Source: Haliotis rufescens (Eukaryota). From it: a stretch of DNA of 64,000 bases. The position numbers and the translations under genes were made by a program. The notes under the pieces are model-generated. The model worked only from the letters and a program-made list of their open reading frames with translations. It ran no database searches and was not told the DNA's origin. Positions 13,045 through 26,636 of this stretch are shown piece by piece. Each line of letters begins with the position of its first letter. The first letter of the stretch is position 1. Where the stretch lies: assembly GCF_023055435.1 (NCBI RefSeq), contig NW_025963813.1, positions 16,182,001-16,246,000 on the forward strand, given 5' to 3'.

Positions 13045-16000
13045 CAACAAAATATAAATTCATTCTCAAATGTATATATGTCAATATTTTCATGTAAACT
13101 GATATATTCATCTGTCTTTTGAATAAATGTATGATCAACTGAAAAGATATTGTGATTTGTTTTCATATTGTCTAATCATTGCTTTTGATTGTAACAACAA
13201 AGTGGTCCTATGTTGATAATTTATTCTGAATTCGAATCTCATCAAAGCTAAAACGCACAGCCTAAATTCTCTTCAAGGCGTTTCAAGTCGAACTAAAGGC
13301 GTGTCATGCATGTCTACTGCCGTGTCATGTCTAACTAAAGGCGTGCCATGTCTAACTTAAGGCGTGTCGTTTCTTCAGGAACCCATGCTTGCCCTAAAAA
13401 AGCGACTGTGCTTGTCGTAAGGGGCGACTAAAGGGGATCGGGTGGTCAGGCTCGCTGACATGGTTGATGCCTGTCATCGTATCCCAATTGCGTGGATCGT
13501 TGCTCCTGATGTCAAACACTGGATTGTCTGGTCCAGACTCGATTATTTACAGACCGCCGTCATAAAGCTGGACTATTGCTGAGTGCGGCATTAATCAACA
13601 AACAGACAAACACACATTTCTAAGGAAAGTCGTGTCATGTCTAACTCAAGGCGTGTCATGTGCAACAAGAGGCGTGTCATGTGTAACAAAATGCGTGTCA
13701 TGTCAAACAAAATGCGTGTCTTGTCTAACTAAAGGCGTGTCATGACTGAAGGCGTGTCTTGCCTGAGTAAATGTTGAACGAAAGGCATGTTATGTTTAAC
13801 TTAATGCGTGTCATGTCTAACGTAACACGTGTCATGTCTAACTAAAGGCGTGTCATGTCTAACTAAAGACGTGTCATATCTCACTAACTTCATGTGTCAT
13901 GTTTGACTAAACACGTGTTATGTCCAACGAAAGGCGTGTCATGTCTAACTGAACACGAGTCATGTATAACAAAAGGCGTGTCAGGTCTAGCTAAAGGCGT
14001 GTCATGTGAAACCAAAGGCATGCCATGTTTAACTAAAGATGTGTCATGTCTAACTCAAGGCGTGTCATGACTGAAGGCGTGTCATGACTGAAGGCGTGTC
14101 ATGACTGGCTAGATGCGTGTCATGTTGAACGAAAGGCATGTCATGTTTCACTAAATGCGTGTCATGTCTTACTCAACACGTGTCTTGTCTATCTAAAGAC
14201 GTGTCATGTCTAACTAAAGACGTGTCATATCTAACTAACTTCGTGTGTCGTGTTTGACTAAAGGCATGAGTCATGTTTAACTAAAGCGTGTGTCATGTTT
14301 GACTTAAGGCATTTCGTGTAACTAAAGACGTGTCACGTTTAAATAAATGCGTGTCATGTCTAACCAAAGGCGTATCATGTCTAACTTAATGCGTGTCACG
14401 TTTAACTAAATGTGTGTCATGTCTAATTGAAGGCGTACCACGTTTAACTACAGGCGTGTCATGTCTTACTAAATGCGTGTCATGTCTGACTCAAAACGTG
14501 TTATGTCTAACTAAATGCGTGTCATGTTTGACTGAAGGCGTGTGTCATTTCTAACTAAAGGCGTGTCATGTGTAACTAAAGGCGTGTCACGTTAAATACA
14601 TGCGTATCATGTCTAACTAAAGACGTGTCATGTCTAACTAAATGCGTGTTATGTCTATCACTCAAGGCGTATCATGTCTAACTCAAGGCGTATCATGTCT
14701 AATTAAAGGCATGTCACGTTTAACTAAAGGCGTGTCATGTTTGACTGAAGGCGTGTGTCATTTCTAACTAAAGGTGTGTCATTTCTAACTAAAGGCGTGT
14801 CAGGTTAAATACATGCGTGTCATGTCTAACTAAAGATGTGTCATGTCTAACTAAATGCATGTCATGTCTAATTAAAGGCGTGTCACGTCTAACTGATGAC
14901 ATGTCATGTGTAACTAAAGGCGTGTCATGTCAGTTCTTCAGTTACTTATAAAGACGTAGAATAATATAATGAGATTTACGATGCTATTCAGTTAGCTATA
15001 AGGACGTAGAATTATGTGAGACGTAAGATGATATTCGGTTGTCTATCAGTAGTAACGTTTTACAGGTTACACTCAACTTGTCTACAGATGAAGGAGGAAG
15101 AGAGAGGAAAGGTGGAAAGCTTGGTGAAGAGTGTGATGAAGAAGGACCGGGGAAAGCAGTCGTAAAATCAGTGATCGTCCGCCACAGTCCCAGCTTCTGA
15201 GATGAGGTGAATATTGTTTTACGTCGCTTTTAGCAATATTCCAGTAATATCACAGCGGGGGACACCAGAAATGACCATCACACATTGTACCCATGCGAGG
15301 AATCGAACCCCCGTGACGAGCGAACGCTTTAACCACAAGACCACCCAAACGGCCAGCGTGGTGAAGAGAGTTAACGTGTAACTGAAGGCGATGAAGAAGG
15401 ACTGGAGGAAGCAGTCGTAAAATCAGTAAGCATCAGCCACAGTCCCATCTCCTGAAGACGGGTTGAGGACAATCAGGGATACCCGAGACAAAAAATAAAT
15501 CCTTAAAAAAACATTTTCACAGCCTCAGCTAGTCCACTAACCCGCGACTTTTTCTGTGATCTCCTACTTTTCCTACATCGTATGTACATATACCTTGCAA
15601 CAGGCCCCAACTTACTCCCTACTTTTCTCTCATGTCTTGTGTTCTGACGCTTTTGGTTGTTTTCGATTTTCTAAATTTTGAGGCATTGGAATATGTCCAA
15701 CTTTTCATGCCTATTTCGGGGTAACGGGAGGCTCAGTCGTCTAGGCCGCCGGAATGCACTGTGCAGAGTTGTGTCCCTTAGGCACGCCAGAATACTATGA
15801 TCGTGGGTTTGAATCCCATATTCACCAAAGTGGTAAACGTCTGAGACCCTGGTTTCATAAGGCACACATGGAAAAGGTGATTTTCAAGGTGAAGGTTCTC
15901 TGTTCTCAATATCTTGTATGGCCACCATTCGAGTTCAAAACTGTCTGGCACCGTCGTCTCACAGAAGCAACCATGTCCTGAATTGTGGCCTGGGGAATGT

Positions 16001-17428
16001 TCACCCACTCTGTCTGCAGTGCCTGTGCCAACAGTCGGAGGTTATGCGGTTGTTGCTGACCCACCGCATCACATAAATGTTCCATTGGGATTAAAACTGG
16101 AGACCTGGAGGGCTATGGCAGGACTTGGATGTTGTGATTCCTGTAAAAGTCAATCTTGTCGTGTGAGGTCGTGCGTTGTCTTGGAAATTTCTTCTTTTTA
16201 TACAGATCGCTAATAAACAAATGCAATTCCTATAAAAATGGTCGTGTTGCTTATTATCTGTAATTACTACCCATTGCCATGTTTAATTTCTAACCATGAT
16301 ATCACTCCCAAATGTATTATTTGAATGTCTATCATATCATAACCTTCGTGAGGTGGTGACATGTTTAATAATAGAGTAAAGTTTCTGTTAAATAGCTATC
16401 TTGGCCACTTCTTAACACAGACAGTGTTTTCCTATGAAATAGCAAAAGCCAAATGAAAATAAAATTATTCTCTAATTTATATATTTTAAAGATGTTATGC
16501 CACTCATTGAGGGGATATAAGTGTAATAATACAAGTTCCTAGGATGTTTGTGTTATGCTATTTTTCAAGATTATTTTAATTATTCTTCTCATACACAGAA
16601 ACACAGGAGGCACATATCTAGGAGTATACAATCATGACATTGTACAATAGGCGATGATGGAGGATATGTACAGTAATATAATTATACTATTATTTTGAAT
16701 ATTACCGAGTGTGTCATTAAACATCAAACAGAGAATATGATACACAACAGAGTTAAAAGTGTATGCGCAATAAAATGTGACGGGAATCGAACCATGGACC
16801 TTATGCTCGGAGGTGGGACACCTTGTCCACGTGACCAAAGACATTAAGACTGGAACTACTGACATGAGAGATATCGGAAAATCGTCTATTGCAATGACCG
16901 CGGATAATATTTTATTCCACTTGTTCACATGCGTTATGGGGTACATGGAAATTTAACAAAACGTCTTGATCAGTACTATTCAATTTTTTTACAGGTAAAA
17001 TAAGATAAATATTCTTTGTTATAGTTGTAACTCTTCTGTCAGGGCACTTCAACATGCATAGTTTTTTTGCTGTCCACAGGCCGTCATAACATTACATTCT
17101 CGAAGAAATGTGAACGGGAGGTCAGTCACTGTGTCACGTGACGCTCATTGGACGTTTTCTGTGCCCTGCAGTGAAGAGAGACTCATCTCGGCGTTATCAC
17201 AGCCGTACAAACAAATGATGGATGGACACACATACCTGTGGTCGATAAATTGCTATTGTTCCGTATTATTATTTGAAAGTTATGGCTATGTTTGCTGTCA
17301 TTCCATAACCAGAAGAATGAAAACAAAACATTTTATTTGTATGTGGACTGGGACAGGGCAGCTATATAAGCCCCTGACTTTCTACCATAGCTGCACATTC
17401 ACTCGACTGACACTCGCTCTTGCACACC

Positions 17429-20400
17429 ATGTTCGCTTCACTACCCGCCCTTGCCATTGTCTTCGCAGTCTACTTGCCGTCGACAGAAGCTCAGAGTAAG
17501 TCAACGTCTTGCACCTCATAGCATTCATATGGGTGTTTGTTTACATGGGTATATGAACATGATTTTGTTCCCAACTCAATCCTTAATAATTCTGTTATAA
17601 TCTGTGAGTGAGTGAGTGATTTGGGTTTTACGCCGTTTTTAACATTATTCCAGCTGTGCCACGGCGTGTCAGCTTAATGTGGTAGGAAAGCCCGAAGTGA
17701 TGCACGTCTTAGACGTTTACCACTTCGGTGAAATCCACGAGCACGGGTATGGTGCTGACAAACCTAGAAATATAATGGGGGCGAACCGGGATTCGAACCC
17801 ACAATCATAGGTTTCTGGCGTGCCCAAGGGACGCATCTCTGCACAGCGAATTGCGGTACCTATGCTCTTTGAGGAGTCTAGTGCTGACCCTGTGAAGATC
17901 CGGTGTAGAATAGGTCTTCTGCAACACATACTTGCCGTAAAATGCGACTTACGGGATCAGGTGGTCAGGCTCGCTGACTTGGTTGATGCATGTCATCGTA
18001 TCCCAATTGCGTGGATCGATGCTCGTGATGTCAATCACTGGATTGTCTGGTCCAGACTCGATTATTTACAGACGATCGTCACATAGATGGAATATTGCAG
18101 AGTGTGGCGTTAACAACAAACAAACAAAGTTACATATGTTTGAGGGCAAAAAACATTGCATATTTTCTTGTCTATTTTGATGTTAATTTAAAAACTGGTA
18201 GCCTCACTTGATGGAATGACGTGTGTCTTTGTGAAAGCTTTGTCGTCAAGAACCAAAGATGCAAACTGAGTTGAGATTGCCCCTCCTGTCGTTTTCAGCC
18301 CTGTGCGACACTGCTGGCTGCCTGAATGGCGTCTGCATCCTGCCTCCAGCTGTTGCTGCCCCCACGTGCAGCTGCATCCCCGGCTTCCAGTTGACCGCTG
18401 CCGACCCAAACGTCTGCTTCGGTAAGTCACAGACTTCACCTTCCATTTAACAACTGACCAATAACCCAAACGTCTGCTTCAGTTAGTCACAGACTTCACA
18501 TTCCATTTAACAACTGACCAACAAACCCAAACGTCTGCTTCAGTTAGTCACAGACTTCACCTTTCCATTTAACAACTGACCAATAACCCAAACGTCTGCT
18601 TCAGTAAGTCACAGACTTCACATTCCATTTAACAACTGACCAACAAACCCAAACGTCTGCTTCAGTTAGTCACAGACTTCACCTTTCCATTTAACAACTG
18701 ACCAACAAACCCAAACGTCTGCTTCAGTAAGTCACAGACTTCACCTTCCATTTAACAACTGACCAACAAACCCAAACGTCTGCTTCGGTAAGTCACAGAC
18801 ATCACCTTCCATTTAACAACTGACCAACAAACCCAAACGTCTGCTTCAGTAAGTCACAGACATCACCTTCCATTTAACAACTGACCAACAAACCAAAACG
18901 TCTGCTTCAGTAAGTCACAGACTTCACCTTCCATTTAACAACTGACCAACAAATAATACAAAGGCATTACAATTGGTTTTCAGTTATGAATTTTTTATTG
19001 TTAGAAAGTTCCACACAGTGCTTCACACAACCCGTGGTACGTATATGTTTACATATTGTATTTGCCGACTGGACTTAGGATCGGGTGGGTACAAGCTGGG
19101 ACCTGGTTGATTGTGTGTCATCTACAATACCAGCCTGGATCGTTGACTTAAACAAGAAAAAGTCCAGATACAGCTGACTATGGTGTCAAACAACAGTACT
19201 CAATTCTGTCAACTCGGAATGAATATCACAATGGAGAATATGGATATATAATATCGAGGGAAATCTGAAGTCTTCAAACATTTCTGGATAACAGTTTATA
19301 TTGTTCCTGATGGCATTTGATTAATATATCTTGATCCTTCGTGCAAGAATCTACCAACATCGAAGCGCCAATCAAATGTAGGAAGAATACTGTTGACAAA
19401 AAAATGATCATTTTTGTACTGTTGTATCTTTGTTTCAAGTAGAACTTGCATATTCTGTTGTTGCAGATATTGACGAGTGTTACGGCAACACGTACATCTG
19501 TGGGGTGAGTTTTGACCCCTACTTCCGCATCTCTGTCCCCAGCGGGAGGTGTGTCAACACCCCGGGCTCCTATTACTGTATGTGCAACCCCAACGTGGCC
19601 CTGTCATCCTTCGACAACAAGACCTGTATATGTAAGTGTCATACGTCCAACACTAGATTGTCTCTCAGTCCCTGGACCATATTATGCTTCCTTCCACCCA
19701 GCCCTTACTAACATCTAGTCTCTGAAATGAACATATCGTACAGAAAAAAAACAGTTGTTCAATTATCTTAATAAAAATATAATAAAAGGGAGCCCAGTGA
19801 CTCTCTTCATTTTCAGATACTGCAGAAATCTAGACTTGCCAAACATTATAGACTTGCATGGGCTGTATTTGATATATATCTGTATCACGGTCTGTAAGAC
19901 AGATTATCTCAGTCCCTGAACCATATGATGTTTCCTTCCGCTCAGCCCTTATCGGAGCTAGATATTTGGCTCCAAATGAGGCAAGTCTGTGTTTTCTAAA
20001 GGTTCTGAAACTCCCGTCTCAATGGGGCTCCTTTTCATTTTAAATGGAGTTGTTTGTTTCCATCAAATTTATATATTTTCAGTGAGTGAGTGAGTAAGGT
20101 TTTACGCCGCTTTTAGCAATATTCCAGCAATATCACGGCGGGGGACACCAGAAATGGGCTTCACACATTGTACCCATGTCGGGAATCGAACCCGGGTCTT
20201 CGGCGTGACAAGCGAACGCTTTAACCACTTGGCTACCCGACCGCCCCTATATATTTTCAGAGTCTAGGCGTTCATCGCTTTTCGTTGATGTCATTGAAAA
20301 CAACATTGATAACTACATATTTGGGGTTGGGTCGGGGCGAATGTCCATCCATTAAACACCAGATTCCAGGTGTCAGTTGGCGTGTGTGACAAACACAATG

Positions 20401-20631
20401 TCAAATACTGCCCGGAATACCAACAAACCAAAACTCTATACCAAAAGGTCGACACAATATAAGCTTATAGCATTGGCACAACATGGTTTTTGATTTGCCC
20501 ATTTGACCTTTTTTACAGCCATTCCCATTCAACAGCAGCAGCAGCAACAACAGCAGCAGCAACAACAGTCCTTCTATCAAAGCCTTTTCAATCTGTACCT
20601 TTTCGACCAGTTTGAACTATTTGATTTTTAA
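17429..20631 (+). CDS. Secreted EGF/cbEGF/polyQ protein, copy 3 (155 aa); exons 17429-17495, 18299-18421, 19467-19631, 20519-20631
   Basis: Nearly identical to copy 2 (DPYLR>DPYFR; Q13 with different CAA/CAG order); AATAAA 20709-20714. Confidence 0.88.
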
Positions 20632-23029
20632 CAACAAAATATAAATTCATTCTCAAATGTATATATGTCAATATTTTCATGTAAACTGATATATTCATCT
20701 GTCTCTTGAATAAAATGTATGATCAACTGAAAAGATATTGTGATTTGTTTTCATATTGTCTAATCATTGCTTTTGATTGTAACAACAAAGTGGTCCTATG
20801 TTGATAATTTATTCTGAATTCGAATCTCATCAAAGCTAAAACGCACAGCCTAAATTCTCTTCAAGGCGTTTCAAGTCGAACTAAAGGCGTGTCATGCATG
20901 TCTAAAGCCGTGTCATGTCTAACTAAAGGCGTGCCATGTCTAACTTAAGGCGTGTCGTTTCTTCAGGAACCCATGCTTGCCCTAAAAAAGCGACTGTGCT
21001 TGTCGTAAGGGGCGACTAAAGGGGATCGGGTGGTCAGGCTCGCTGACATGGTTGATGCCTGTCATCGTATCCCAATTGCGTGGATCGTATCTCCTGATGT
21101 CAAACACTGGATTGTCTGGTCCAGACTCGATTATTTACAGACCGCTGTCATAAAGCTGGACTATTGCTGAGTGCGGCATTAATCAACAAACAGACAAACA
21201 CACATTTCTAAGGAAAGTCGTGTCATGTCTAACGTAACACGTGTCATGTCTAACTAAAGGCGTGTCATGTCTAACTAAAGGCGTGTCATGTCTAACTAAA
21301 GACGTGTCATATCTAACTAACTTCATGTGTCATGTTTGACTAAACACGTGTCATGTCCAACGAAAGGCGTGTCATGTCTAACTAAAGGCGTGTCATGTCT
21401 AACTAAAGGCGTGTCATGTCTAACTAAAGACGTGTCATATCTCACTAACTTTATGTGTCATGTTTGACTAAACACGTGTCATGTCCAACGAAAGGCGTGT
21501 CATGTCTAACTGAACACGAGTCATGTATAACAAAAGGCGTGTCAGGTCTAGCTAAAGGCGTGTCATGTGAAACCAAAGGCATGCCATGTTTAAATAAAGA
21601 TGTGTCATGTCTAACTCAAGGCGTGTCATGACTGAAGGCGTGTCATGACTGGTTAGATGCGTGTCATGTTGAACGAATGGCATGTCATGTTTACTAAATG
21701 CGTGTCATGTCTTACTCAACACGTGCCATGCCTATCTAAAGGCGTGTCATGTCTAACTAAAGACGTGTCATATCTAACTAATTCCGTGTGTCGTGTTTGA
21801 CTAAAGGCGTGAGTCATGTTTAACTAAAGCGTGTGTCATATTTGACTTAAGGCATTTCGTGTAACTAAAGACGTGTCACGTTTAAATAAATGCGTGTCAT
21901 GTCTAACCAAAGGCGTATCATGTCTAACTTAATGCGTGTCACGTTTAACTAAATGTGTGTCATGTCTAATTGAAGGCGTACCACGTTTAACTACAGGCGT
22001 GTCATGTCTAACTAAATGCGTGTCATGTCTGACTCAAAACGTGTCATGTCTAACTAAATGCGTGTCATGTTTGACTGAAGGCGTGTGTTATTTCTAACTA
22101 AAGGCGTGTCATGTGAAACTAAAGGCGTGTCACGTTAAATACATGCGTATCATGTCTAACTAAATGCGTGTTATGTCTATCACTCAAGGCGTATCATGTC
22201 TAACTCAAGGCGTATCATGTCTACTTAAAGGCGTGTCATGAATGTTTAAAGCCGTGTCATGTCTAAGTAAAGGCGTGCCATGTCTAACTTAAGGCGTGTC
22301 GTTTCTTCAGGAACCTATGCTTGCCCTAAAATAGCGACTGTGCTTGTCGTAAGGGGCGACTAAAGGGGGTCGGGTGGTCACGCTCGCTGACATGGTTGAT
22401 GCCTGTAATAAAATTGGTTTTATTATACTTTTTGTCATGACTGTTACAGCGACCTGCATCGCAAATAGTTCTCAGTGCATTCAAATATATATTTTAAAAT
22501 AAATAGTGACTGTTCGTTTGTGACAGTGTGTCATATATGAAAACACTAGTAACTAAAAAGACACTATAAAATCAATCTCTCACATTTTTCCATATTACCT
22601 AAAGTTAAACTCCGGAATCAGTTGATTATTACATTAATCTTTTAGCAATTTCATAGCTATGCGTTGTCCATGAACAATAGCTTTGAAGTGTAATACGGCT
22701 TCTTTATGTCATTCTGCTTCTTAAATGGAATGCTCTGCACCGACCGCTACCACCTACAGAACACTGCAGTGTCCTGTGTATGTTGCGTAGTTGTTAACCC
22801 ATACTTTAACGCCGCATTGCATTTGTAACTTAAGAATGTCTTTGAGGGAGTTTAATGTGAAGGTTTTGAGATTCGAGACGGCAAAATGAAAGCGACAAAA
22901 CCCTTTCCATATTAAAAAAAAAAAAAATTAAATAAAGCGACAAATCTCTTTCCATATCCAATAGAAGTCACAGCCTAATACAGAGGCGACTGTACGGTTC
23001 CGACTATATCATGAACACGTGTTTATGAA

Positions 23030-23675
23030 CCTTTCACAGGAACGAAAAACACGGGAACGTATCTCACATCATGCACATGCATCGGACATCATTTTTGTCA
23101 CTGATGCGTCAAATTTGGAAATGTCCTCCACATCTCTACCATACACCTTTTTGAAAGCTTTACTGAGACATTGAACGTTGATCAAACAGCTTCTGGGCAA
23201 GAGTCGTTTGACGCCCTGTGAAATCTTCGAAGAAAGAGCCACTCGATTGTATCTCAAAAGTTGTGAAATGTAAACACCAAAGGCTGGAGCTGCAGGAATA
23301 TTAATCGACATAAAGGAAAGTTGCCTGTTGGGAAGTTGAAGTCATCCTTCTTGACATACAGTCTTGAGGATAGTGTTTTGTCACTATGAATCTTTATGCA
23401 TAGATGTAATAATATGAATCAGATGAGGCGGTCTCACTGGTCTCCTTTATTTCTAGTTCAGGTGGGTAAATCAGTAGAAGGGAATAGGCTATTTGATTGT
23501 TATTGAACGATATCAGATCATCGATATACCTGAAGCTTAAGTTAAACTTCTAGGCAAAATTACCTTTTTTTCACTTTGCTAATCCGAGCAGAAATTCTGA
23601 TTTATATGCATAAAGAAACAAGTAGAATCAGCAAGAAGGGGAGCTCAGTTCGTGCCCATGGGAATGCCTACTTTT
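23030..23675 (-). mobile_element. Penelope-like element reverse transcriptase relic
   Basis: Minus-strand GIPMGTN*APLLAD and NIPAAPAFGVYISQLLRY match PLE RT/thumb motifs (GIPMGTNCAPLLAD, SNIPxxPAYGVYISQLIRY); stops and frameshifts. Confidence 0.85.
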
Positions 23676-23917
23676 GTCTAAATGTCTTAACCCCACATTT
23701 TACATAGATTTTATTTATGAGGATGTCCAGCCTTTCAAATACTGTAATTCTGGCAAGTTTTGCAAGAAGAAAGTTCTGCGAAAATTACGAGCGACACACA
23801 CTCGCAATAATTTCATGCCGCAATTATTGCTGCAGACCAACAAGGAACAAAAGACGTAAGGATACATACTTCGTTTATTCACTTTCTCATATTGTCAAAC
23901 AGGCCAGAACATTATTA

Positions 23918-24082
23918 GTGAGTGAGTGAGTATGGTTTAACGGCGCTTTTAGCAATATTCCAGCAATATCACGGCGGGGGACACCAGAAATGGGCTTTAC
24001 ACATTGTACCCATGTCGGGAATCGAACCCGGTCCTTCTGCGTGACGAGCGAATGCTTAACCACTAGGCTACCCGACCGCCCC
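23918..24082 (-). mobile_element. SINE family A
   Basis: Near-identical to 4929-5097; imperfect TSD agaacatt(a/g)tta. Confidence 0.92.
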
Positions 24083-24470
24083 AGAACATTGTTAAGTAAC
24101 AATCCATCACATCTGTTTCCTTGTTACGCATTGTCACTCAGTGTTCAAAATCTGAGCAGGAAAATTCTCTAACCTGCCACACCTAACTTTCTCCTAACAT
24201 AACACTGAAAAGTCCAGATATCTTCATAAAACTGCAGTTAGATATACACGTTACTGAAAACTTCCTTGTCAACTACAACAAAAAACACACTGACTGACAC
24301 TGAGCTAACTTTTCGCTGCTGCCTACTCATCAGATATAACAATGCAAAAGCAATTTTCATCTTTTGAAATCTCATTACCATCGTATCGCAAAACGTTCCA
24401 CACACAGTAGAGGATATTAAGTTAGGATAAGAATTTATGGATGAACTACTTCTTTATTACAAGTAAGAGC

Positions 24471-24506
24471 GACGTTTCGGTGTAGGTTCTAACACCGGTA
24501 TCAAGG
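24471..24506 (-). ncRNA. Degenerate minimal hammerhead-ribozyme-like motif in a Penelope pLTR end
   Basis: Minus strand ccttgatacc-GGTGT-tagaacct-ACACC-GAAAC-gtc followed by AATAAA; typical PLE terminus, core deviates from CUGANGA. Confidence 0.45.
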
Positions 24507-24521
24507 AAGTGAATTACAGAG

Positions 24522-25830
24522 TCTGACTGACTGACTGACTGACTGATATAGAAGCTTTCCGACTGTAGCGTATTTCGCACACGGGCCTGGCCGGACCATT
24601 TAGTGTATTCCGAAAAGGGTGAAAGTGGTGTGTGCAACCCAAGAGGGGCCTTATAGGGGTTGCTTATATTGAATTTTTGGATTTTTAAATTTGGAATAAA
24701 TGCCGAGGTGGGTGGAGGAGGGAACTAAGCGAGCCGGGTGAGGTGGGTGTTTGTATATTTATTGGATTTTGGATTGGTAGATTAATTGGTTTTTAGATGC
24801 GCTTAAGTAGGTCTGTTTAGGAATACGTCTAGGGCCTTGAAGGTTTCTAGTTTATTTTGAGGGTTTAGTATTTCATCTAGAGTAGGAACCTTATTTAGAT
24901 TGAGGGTGGTTTGTAGTTAGGTTCTGTGTGTTTGGTAGTTGGTGCAGTGGATGAGTGCGTGTTCTGTGGTTTCGGGTTGTTTGCAGCGGGGGCAGTTGCC
25001 TGTGGTGTGTCTTTTAAGTTTTTTAGGTGGTTATTTAGGTTCGTGTGTCCTGTTTGGAGTTTTGTAATTAATCTGTCAATTGTTTTAGAGGGGTGTAGCA
25101 TCTGAGGTTTGGCTAGTGGCTTTCTGAGCACTTTTTTGATTTGGCTATTTGAGTTTTGATATTCATTATGCCATTTTTGGTTATTTTTTTGTTTGTTTAC
25201 ACTTTTAATTTCTGACTTTGAGATGGGTAGATCTAGGCTTATTTTTGGTATTTTGAGAGATAATATAGCTGCTTTATCGGCGCTTTCGTTGCCGTAAATT
25301 CCTACGTGGGCGGGATCCACAAGAAGGTTATTTGTTTGCCTGCTTTTGTTAGGTCGTTGGAGCTTTTAAGTATTTGGTTTATTAATTTAGGTCGGTTTTT
25401 TTAATGTTTGTTTTGGAGGGCTTGTAGTCCACTAAGGGAGTCGGTGAGAATTAGGATTGTATTGTTGTTTTTAGATTGTTGGTTATGCAGGGCTGAGGCC
25501 ATGCGCATACGTTCGGCCGTGAATATAGATTGGTTCTTAGGGAGTCGGTAAGATTGTGTGGATATAACTGGTTGGACTCCGAAGCCTGTGTGGTTGGAGA
25601 TCGGGTCTGAAGATCCGTCAGTGTATATGTGACACCAATTTGGCCAATTGTGGTGTATGTATGCAAGTGTGGTGGTTTTAGCTATGTTTGGGTCGGTTTG
25701 TTTATTTATTTGGTTAGCTAGCGTTGTGTCTATTTTGGGTATTTTGAGTTTAGGGGTGAAGATATTTGATTTTTTGCAGTTTACAGATTGTGGTTGGCAA
25801 GTATATATACAAGTAGGAGGCAATGTTTAT
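24522..25830 (-). mobile_element. I-group LINE 3' fragment with RNase H domain
   Basis: IYTDGS...IFTAE...ILTDSLSGLQAL...PAHVGIYGNESADKAA; (TCAG)n tail at 24522-24546; frameshifted. Confidence 0.88.
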
Positions 25831-26036
25831 GCAGTAGAGTAGATACTGTTATACTGGAGTAGAGAGGGTGTTTTGTATACACACGGGTAGTGATGCCAAT
25901 CATCGGTGAAGTCAGTGACGTAAAGAAAGGATGAAGACAGTAATATAAACAACGGGATTATGGCTGATTTGGGTCTTTGATGAGTTGATGGTAGGCCGGG
26001 TTGTGTAATAGCCTTGGTCACGGTTGATTCTTGATT

Positions 26037-26300
26037 CTTGAAGAAAAAGCCCTGGAAACATCCCCAATAACTCCCGTCTGCTGGTTCCGCACAGTTGATG
26101 ACACCTTTGTCATCCTACACCCCAACAATGACCCCAGAACTCTATTGGACCACCTGAATTCCCAAAACTCACGAATGCTGTTCACCATGGAGTAAGAAAC
26201 CAATCGACAGCGCCCCTTGTTTCAACCCTAGCAAGACGAGCTCACAACGGCTGTTCCACGAAGCTAACTAACAACTGAACTAAGCCACCTCAAACAAGTA
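26037..26300 (+). mobile_element. Penelope (Poseidon-type) RT fragment
   Basis: LEEKALETSPITPVCWFRTVDDTFVI...LLDHLNSQNSRMLFTME*E, then RAH...ELSHLKQV. Confidence 0.8.
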
Positions 26301-26636
26301 ACATAATTTGATGTTTCGAATTTATAGTAAAGAATTTAATGTGGGTTATTTATTGGGAACGGAACATGAAGATATATAGAAAAGATCATACTCAGTATGG
26401 TCCCCCGAAATAACATAAACTAAACCATATTCCACATATATATCGCCATACGTTTTAGAGCTAACCGAAAGCATTACCGCAGTAAATGGGGTTTTACGAA
26501 ATTGTGGACTGTTTATCCCAGTTCTGGTCGTATCCCACTTCTGGGATCGAATTTCAAAACACAGTAGGTTAAATGACCAGAATCCCCAGGAGATGTACAC
26601 TCCGACGCGGGGCTCCAGGGATGAACGTATCACTCA

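Larger units (their letters stand above)
1..22405 (+). repeat. Tandem segmental triplication; equivalent positions 1, 8063, 15648 (periods 8062 and 7585 bp)
   Basis: cgcttttggttgttttcgattttctaaa and all downstream sequence recur; the third unit ends in the 21-bp satellite/SINE near 22.4 kb. The array may extend left of the window. Confidence 0.97.
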
